From the IMG/VR virus record IMGVR_UViG_3300023236_000004: DNA of 61,880 nt; one strand, 5' to 3'. The notes beneath the pieces were generated by a model, which worked only from the letters and a program-made list of their open reading frames with translations, was not told the DNA's origin and made no database searches. This document shows positions 56,496 to 61,880 of this stretch, in pieces. The number at the start of each line of letters is the position of its first letter. Within the stretch, counting starts at the first letter, position 1. The stretch is from an uncultured virus (IMG/VR IMGVR_UViG_3300023236_000004) (Duplodnaviria > Heunggongvirae > Uroviricota > Caudoviricetes). The translations under genes and the position numbers were made by a program.

Positions 56496-56670
56496 ATAAT
56501 TCCAAAAGGGAAACCACACACACCACAGTTGCAAGAATTATAACAGTCCAGTTAACCGTATCTTCAACCGTCGGTTTCACGACTTCCCCCAAACTTCTCA
56601 ATGCAGGTCCACCACTTTTCTTCAATCCATGCATCTCGTTTTTGTTTGTTATCAATGGTTTCAATTTCAT
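56482..56670 (-). CDS. Possible small single-TM protein (true start uncertain)
   Basis: Hydrophobic 'WTVIILATVVCVVSLL' fills the gap; the 5' half overlaps the upstream gene. Confidence 0.3.
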   Translation of the reverse strand: MKLKPLITNKNEMHGLKKSGGPALRSLGEVVKPTVEDTVNWTVIILATVVCVVSLLELFDLL

Positions 56671-57190
56671 TTAGTATTTCAATTGCGTACTCACGAGGGA
56701 AACCTTCCTGTTCTGGCGGGAATGTATTCAACACACCATTGTATCCAATTTTATGATAAAGTTTAAGTAACTTATCAAATCTGGTTATCTGCTCGTAGCA
56801 GACGGCTCTCCTACTTTGTTTATTGTAGCCAGACTGTGTCTTGATAAACTTACCATCTTGGTAGTGTGATTGTTTAAGTACACCATATGCTGTTAGGCAT
56901 TCCTGAAGCAGAATATCTGCAATTATCTCTGGGCTGGGATCCTTTGCCCATTCATTTACTACTCTTATGACCAACGATCGACCCCAGTCTTCCGCTTTTT
57001 GCTGGTCTCCTGGTGTTTGTGCATTGGGAAACGAAAAGTTTATACTGGTTGGGTCAAGTCCTTGACTAAGTTGTCTTCCAATATCCAAAGCCAAATAAGC
57101 TGTTGCTTTACAGTACCCAACTGGATCGCTTTCTTGGGCTTGTGCTACTGATGTTGTTGATACCAACAACATTGCTAATATCCACTTCAT
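56564..57190 (-). CDS. Secreted protein with signal peptide
   Basis: MKWILAMLLVSTTSVAQA signal, AGGAG RBS and two Cys pairs. Confidence 0.75.
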   Translation of the reverse strand: MKWILAMLLVSTTSVAQAQESDPVGYCKATAYLALDIGRQLSQGLDPTSINFSFPNAQTPGDQQKAEDWGRSLVIRVVNEWAKDPSPEIIADILLQECLTAYGVLKQSHYQDGKFIKTQSGYNKQSRRAVCYEQITRFDKLLKLYHKIGYNGVLNTFPPEQEGFPREYAIEILNEIETIDNKQKRDAWIEEKWWTCIEKFGGSRETDG

Positions 57191-57249
57191 GTGGTTCTCC
57201 TAAATGTTATTTGTGCTACTGTGCCTCCTTTGAAACTTTATTGCTATTG

Positions 57250-57256
57250 TATTTAC
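57250..57256 (-). promoter_or_regulatory. Late promoter-like motif GTAAATA
   Basis: Intergenic, upstream of the start at 57190. Confidence 0.4.
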
Positions 57257-57260
57257 TCGT

Positions 57261-59693
57261 TTAAAAAGCTAGATTTAGTTTTAATTGTGCTTGATAGAAT
57301 CCTAATGTGTTGTTGTAAGCACCTAATGTGTAGTTTATGTTGCGGAAACTGTTAACGTAACTTACACTCGAATATGTGGCAAACTGATTTTCAATTTCAA
57401 AGTTGAATGTATCGTAGTGTACAACGCCTTGTGAATCAATTGTGCTAGGTAAACGCACATCTATACCGCCTTTGACAACATAGGGCATACTACCCACAGC
57501 TAGTCGTAAACCGTCATTTCTCCAGCTGATTTCGCCCCAAACACTGTCTATTGGGGTTACATTTGTTACTAACCCACCATCAAAGTCGGTAGTTGTGTGC
57601 ATGTTGCCTATGTTAAACATAAACTTGTCTTTTACGTGGGTCACTACAGTTTCTATTGTTTCGGAACTGTTTATTGTACCCCACATACCGCTCATGTGGA
57701 ACCAAGGGTTGCGATCTGCTAGTGTAGTGTACTGTCCTTGCAAGTACCAGCCTTTGGCAAGTTTGATATCTCTCAGCCCCATGGTGAAGTTACCAGACTC
57801 ATCAGTTGGACTGTAGTTCAACATACCATCGCTGTACACATGCTCGAAGTTATAGTCCATTCTGGTTATGCTGTCTATTAGAGCTACATCATACCAATTG
57901 TTCTGTATGTCCGGAGTATGCATACTGTTGATGTTGATGTCAAATCCTCTGCCAGTACTGTCTACTGCTGTAACGTTATCAAAACTGCCAAAGTTTACAC
58001 CAGCGATCTCACCGTTAATGGCCCGTGTCCCTTCACGTCCGTCTAGTGGCATGCGCAGTTCGCCCACGGGCAACAGTGCCTGATCTATATCAATTACACC
58101 TAGTCCGTGTACATCAGGATCGAATCCTGCAAAGTCTGTGAATGCTGTACCTGCTAGTATTTGTGCGGCTACTTCATCTGTAACATATGGCCATACTTGC
58201 TGAATCAGTGCTATGCTGGCTGCCGCTGTGGTACCTCCTGCATCACCTAGCCTACTGGTATACACTGCATTGCTTCCGTCGTTCAGTGTTACAGCAGTAA
58301 CCAACAGTTTATCTCCGTTAGGTCCAGTTAAGAATCTAACAGTGTTGAACAAGCCAGTAGCATTAGACTCATTTGCTCTAGCGTCTGACACAAAATCATC
58401 AAAAATTTCTTCAAAACTTTGCACATACTTGCCTTCGGCTGTTTGCAGTAAGACTCTGGTGCTGTCACCTGTGCTGTTCTGTGCGCTTAATAATATGTCA
58501 GTCAACCCATCATCATTGACATCTCTTAACTGCGAATTATAATCTCCGTTGGTAACATTATCCCAACCTACTCGCACATCGTCAGTCACGTCAACAAAGT
58601 TACCGCCACCGTTGTTTTGTAAAAATTGTACTTCAGTTCTGTTTACACCATCGTTTGGATTTGTGCTAACGCTAACAACCACAACATCAAGTGAACCGTC
58701 GTTGTTAAAGTCGAAAGGTAATGCTCTGATATCATGACTACGTTCTACACCTACAGCAAACAAAGAATCAAAGTCACTGGACTCAAATATGGGGTTGGGC
58801 AGTTTTGCTAGTTCAGTGAATGTTCCAGTGTTAGCACCAGTCTGTGTAAAACTAAACAGTCTAGAATCTTCAATTTCCCTAGTTGCTTTATCTGGCAAAG
58901 TGGTATTAAATGAACTGTCTACAAATACAAACGTTGTGGAACCATCACCTAGAAAATCTCCTGCGGCTAGTCCGCTCATACCAAAGTGATCTGTAGTTAT
59001 CTGTGTCATTGTACCAGATACATCGCCTAACATCACAACTGGATTACCGTACCCTCCTAGTATAACATCATCTAATCCGTCACCATTTATATCGTGTACC
59101 TCAACATCATGTGTCCAAAGGTTAGTAGCATAATCATCTCTGCCAAAACTACTGGTACCACTGTTGGTAAACACAACAGTATCTCCAAGGAAATCCATAT
59201 CAGTTGAATGCCCAACAACCATGTCAGTGTTGTTATCACCGTTGAAGTCACCAAATGCGATTCCTGGCTCGGCACCTATTATTTGATTTTCTGTTCCTGT
59301 GAACCAACTGCTGGTTTGGTTTTCAAGTTGGTCGCTACCGTTCCAACCAAATACACTAATTTGACTGTTCTGCCAGGCGGCATTTTTAGCTGTTTGATCG
59401 GGTGCAGTTACAAGGTTAGTATCACTCTGGCTCATACGTCCAGCAATGACAATTTCTTCTTTGTTGTCATTGTTTAGGTCTTGTACAAATATGTCCTGCA
59501 CAGGGGCAGTTGTGCTACCACTAACAAATAGATTGTAACTGCCTGCTTTTACTGGTGCAACAAAATTGGTGTTGCTAGAAGCCGAAAGTGTTGGGCTGGA
59601 TATTGTGGGTCTAACGTTTGGACCTCCGCCCCCGCCTCCGCCACCACAGGCTACAATAGATAAAGACAACGCACAAACAAAAAAGTACTTCAT
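57261..59693 (-). CDS. Outer-membrane lipoprotein with FG-GAP/VCBS calcium-binding repeats and a beta-barrel-like C-terminus
   Basis: Lipobox 'SIVAC' followed by poly-G; D-x-N-x-D-G repeats (DLNNDN, DFNGDN, DINGDG, DFLGDG, DFNNDG, DVNDDG); terminal Phe. Confidence 0.8.
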   Translation of the reverse strand: MKYFFVCALSLSIVACGGGGGGGGPNVRPTISSPTLSASSNTNFVAPVKAGSYNLFVSGSTTAPVQDIFVQDLNNDNKEEIVIAGRMSQSDTNLVTAPDQTAKNAAWQNSQISVFGWNGSDQLENQTSSWFTGTENQIIGAEPGIAFGDFNGDNNTDMVVGHSTDMDFLGDTVVFTNSGTSSFGRDDYATNLWTHDVEVHDINGDGLDDVILGGYGNPVVMLGDVSGTMTQITTDHFGMSGLAAGDFLGDGSTTFVFVDSSFNTTLPDKATREIEDSRLFSFTQTGANTGTFTELAKLPNPIFESSDFDSLFAVGVERSHDIRALPFDFNNDGSLDVVVVSVSTNPNDGVNRTEVQFLQNNGGGNFVDVTDDVRVGWDNVTNGDYNSQLRDVNDDGLTDILLSAQNSTGDSTRVLLQTAEGKYVQSFEEIFDDFVSDARANESNATGLFNTVRFLTGPNGDKLLVTAVTLNDGSNAVYTSRLGDAGGTTAAASIALIQQVWPYVTDEVAAQILAGTAFTDFAGFDPDVHGLGVIDIDQALLPVGELRMPLDGREGTRAINGEIAGVNFGSFDNVTAVDSTGRGFDININSMHTPDIQNNWYDVALIDSITRMDYNFEHVYSDGMLNYSPTDESGNFTMGLRDIKLAKGWYLQGQYTTLADRNPWFHMSGMWGTINSSETIETVVTHVKDKFMFNIGNMHTTTDFDGGLVTNVTPIDSVWGEISWRNDGLRLAVGSMPYVVKGGIDVRLPSTIDSQGVVHYDTFNFEIENQFATYSSVSYVNSFRNINYTLGAYNNTLGFYQAQLKLNLAF

Positions 59694-59726
59694 GATCACA
59701 CCATTAAGTGTTGAAAAGAAGTACTT

Positions 59727-59755
59727 ATTATATACTCAGTTAATGATTTTGTCAA
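59727..59755 (-). promoter_or_regulatory. Perfect sigma70 promoter TTGACA-N17-TATAAT for the lipoprotein gene
   Basis: -35 at 59755-59750, -10 at 59732-59727. Confidence 0.85.
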
Positions 59756-59760
59756 TCATT

Positions 59761-60444
59761 TTATCTTGGCGAAAACTCCTGTTGCAGTTTGATGTTGTCA
59801 AAGAACTCTTTCTTTGTGCCCGGATCATCTTTGAAAGATCCACGTAATACAGTAGTTTGCGTAAGACTACTATGTGCCATAATGCCTCTATTTTCACAAC
59901 ACCCGTGTGTTGCTTGGATGTAAACACCCAAATGCTTTGCGTCGGTTGCGTTACCAATCTCACGTGCAATGTCGTTTGCAAGTTCTTCTTGCAACGTACC
60001 ACGTCTAGCACACCACTGTGCAATACGGGTATACTTGCTTAGGCCAATAAGTTTGTCTGCGGCAATAATACCAATATAGGCTATGCCTGTAACAGGCTGA
60101 TGGTGATGTGAACACATGCTCTTTAGTTCGCTACGTACTACTAGCATACCGTCATAACGATCATCTGAATCATTTGGGAATGCTGTTGCCGGAGGCATTG
60201 GATCATACCGCCCTGCCATAAGTTCATGTATATACATCTTAGCAAGACGCTTTGCTGTGCCTTTGCTGTTGGGATCATTTGCTTGGTCAATAACCAAACT
60301 ATCCAACACACCCGAAAACTTACCAGTAAGTTCATCCACCAGCTGATCCAGATCTCCTTCTTGAATATGCTCACTGATGTTATCGCCTGCCCAGTAGCGT
60401 TTGCCTGCTTGTTCAATTCTGTCTTTAATAGTTTTGCTAATCAT
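59761..60444 (-). CDS. folE: GTP cyclohydrolase I
   Basis: 'T.KRLAKMY..E', 'SMCSHHHQP', 'IGLSKY.RI', 'LQEEL', 'ATHGC...RG', 'T...G.F......EF'. Probable start is the ATG at 60444. Confidence 0.95.
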   Translation of the reverse strand: MISKTIKDRIEQAGKRYWAGDNISEHIQEGDLDQLVDELTGKFSGVLDSLVIDQANDPNSKGTAKRLAKMYIHELMAGRYDPMPPATAFPNDSDDRYDGMLVVRSELKSMCSHHHQPVTGIAYIGIIAADKLIGLSKYTRIAQWCARRGTLQEELANDIAREIGNATDAKHLGVYIQATHGCCENRGIMAHSSLTQTTVLRGSFKDDPGTKKEFFDNIKLQQEFSPR

Positions 60445-61015
60445 GTATTTCAATCTCTCTTAGGTCTGGATATTGATGATATTTAGACTGTTCTTCCAGT
60501 ACTGATAATTTTTCTAATCCTAGCACAGCATCTTCAATTGCTGGTTTGTAATGATACCCTACCCTAAATGATCTCTGTTGCTCCCATGGACTAATGTTCA
60601 AGTCCCGACCGTCATATCTCATTTGCGATAGCTGATCATAAGTTTCTACATCATCTACTAGTATAGCACCACCGTGTCCTATATGTAAAGGCTTTCCGTA
60701 ACCAAAACTTAAACACTGCATTTGTCCTGCTTGATACATGCCACGCTCTACTTTACGTGCGCTATCCCAAATATCCGTGCCATAAAATCGATACTCGCCT
60801 GTCCATTTCTCTGGAACCAACTCATATTCGATACCAAGTTTGTGCATCAACATGGGTATGCTCAGGTATGTGTAACAGGTAAACTGTACACGTTTAACCT
60901 GTTTTAATCTAAAGCAAAGTTCCAGTGCATGTGTACAACAATCGGTCATTACTGCATACGGAGCACCTGTGTATTCTGCAAGTGCTTGTTCAAATTCAAA
61001 TATTTTGTCAAACAT
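60437..61015 (-). CDS. Short DegT-family PLP-dependent aminotransferase-like protein (about 192 aa)
   Basis: 'FEQALAEYTGAPYAV..DCCTHAL', 'WDSA', 'CLSFGYGKPL.IG.GGAIL', 'RYDGR'; the ATG at 61015 overlaps the galE stop. Confidence 0.8.
   Translation of the reverse strand: MFDKIFEFEQALAEYTGAPYAVMTDCCTHALELCFRLKQVKRVQFTCYTYLSIPMLMHKLGIEYELVPEKWTGEYRFYGTDIWDSARKVERGMYQAGQMQCLSFGYGKPLHIGHGGAILVDDVETYDQLSQMRYDGRDLNISPWEQQRSFRVGYHYKPAIEDAVLGLEKLSVLEEQSKYHQYPDLREIEIHD
60480..60485 (-). promoter_or_regulatory. Late promoter-like motif TAAATA upstream of folE, inside the preceding gene
   Basis: CTAAATA about 36 nt upstream of the folE start. Confidence 0.3.
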
Positions 61016-61878
61016 TAGTGTTTTGTAAGGCTGTTTAGATACCAATGATGTGCAGTAGATACAACGTCTTCCAAGTTACTGTATTCAGGAACCCAGTTAA
61101 GTATTTCTTTTGCACGAGTAGCATCAGCAATCAATTGAGCAGGATCTCCGGCTCTTCGTTCGCTAACAGTAAACTTTGGTAAACCGTATTTTTCTTTTAC
61201 GAAGTTTACAATTTCCCAATTGCTAATACCTGTATTGGTACCAAGGTTAAAAATATGACAAGCAGGATCTGGTCTTGCTGTCTCCAAGTATTCAGCACCA
61301 CAAACGTGTGCTTGTGCAATGTCTTGTACATGCACATAATCCCTAATACAACTGCCGTCTGGTGTTGGATAGTCATCGCCGTTGAGTGTAAACTGTTGAT
61401 TCAACATACTGGCCTCTAGCACCCTAGCAACGATGTGCGTAGCACCTAGTTCTTGACCAAGGTCAAATGCGTCAGGCTCAGCACCAGCGGCATTAAAATA
61501 TCTAAAACAAATACTAGCAATACCGTACGCTCTAGCATAATCTTTCAGAATAACTTCTGTTAGGTACTTTGTATTACCATACGGACTTATTGGATCTAAC
61601 CTTGCTGTTTCTGGAATAGGAACAGTGTCGGGCTCGCCATAAACACTTGCACTTGAGCTAAACATTATGGTAGGCTTAACAGGCAAGTCACGTAGACTAT
61701 TCAGCATGTGTATTGTTTTGGCAATGTTGTTATCGTAGTACTCACCGGGATCAGTAACACTTGGACCAACCAGACTGGTACCTGCACAATGCACAATGTA
61801 GTCTGGTTCGTAATCTTTAATTAGATCTATTGATCCAGGACTAGCAAAGTCATCATGTCTAAAGTGCTTGATGCCTTT
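61015..61878 (-). CDS. galE: UDP-glucose 4-epimerase, N-terminus beyond the window
   Basis: Frame is open to the window end. 'HCAG.SLVGPSV.DP..YY.NN', 'FSSSASVYG', 'YGNTK', 'RYFNAAGA', 'DGSCIRDYVHV.D', 'RRAGDP'. Confidence 0.92.
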   Translation of the reverse strand, partial: KGIKHFRHDDFASPGSIDLIKDYEPDYIVHCAGTSLVGPSVTDPGEYYDNNIAKTIHMLNSLRDLPVKPTIMFSSSASVYGEPDTVPIPETARLDPISPYGNTKYLTEVILKDYARAYGIASICFRYFNAAGAEPDAFDLGQELGATHIVARVLEASMLNQQFTLNGDDYPTPDGSCIRDYVHVQDIAQAHVCGAEYLETARPDPACHIFNLGTNTGISNWEIVNFVKEKYGLPKFTVSERRAGDPAQLIADATRAKEILNWVPEYSNLEDVVSTAHHWYLNSLTKH

Positions 61879-61880
61879 TA

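Noticed and set aside
59736..60023. 95-aa alternative-frame ORF in folE (also 60141..60416)
   Set aside because: Overlaps a clear folE on the same strand and has no motif support.
1..61880. Stop-codon reassignment as seen in some jumbo phages
   Set aside because: Genes are full length and tightly coupled in the standard code, and TAA, TAG and TGA all end genes.
1..61880. tRNA genes, CRISPR arrays, introns or inteins
   Set aside because: Intergenic gaps are short, no cloverleaf or repeat-spacer pattern was seen, and thyA and other common intron hosts are uninterrupted. Checked by eye only.

Overview
This is a gene-dense, AT-rich segment of a large T4-like (jumbo-type) tailed phage genome read in the standard genetic code; no rRNA, tRNA, CRISPR or mobile element was recognised. 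1-18.4 kb (+) holds virion genes: a >4150-aa 5'-truncated baseplate/structural protein and several fibre proteins, under TAAATA late-promoter-like motifs. 18.5-42 kb is a large small-molecule/glycan modification locus: glycosyltransferase-like genes, seven tandem radical SAM enzymes with N-terminal Twitch/SPASM-like domains, SGNH proteins, a NodU/CmcH carbamoyltransferase, APS-kinase-like and HxGH nucleotidyltransferase genes, a DegT aminotransferase and an NDP-sugar epimerase. 42-62 kb (-) carries thyA, DHFR, a MoxR/VWA pair, an MBD4-like glycosylase, an RNase H-type nuclease, a folE/queD/queE set with a phosphoribosyltransferase, a cupin and a 2OG oxygenase, an FG-GAP outer-membrane lipoprotein and galE. 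Top leads, all inferences: (1) an uncalled 33-aa peptide ending PFIYK between SGNH genes next to the carbamoyltransferase, resembling DltX/SxtK tyrosine acyl shuttles; (2) the radical SAM/glycosyltransferase locus as a virion-decoration pathway, with dense [AGS]-N-[VILT] motifs in fibres as candidate acceptors; (3) a structured 5' leader before queD; (4) a possible PRTase-based deazaguanine route. All calls come from motif recognition by eye; no database search was run.
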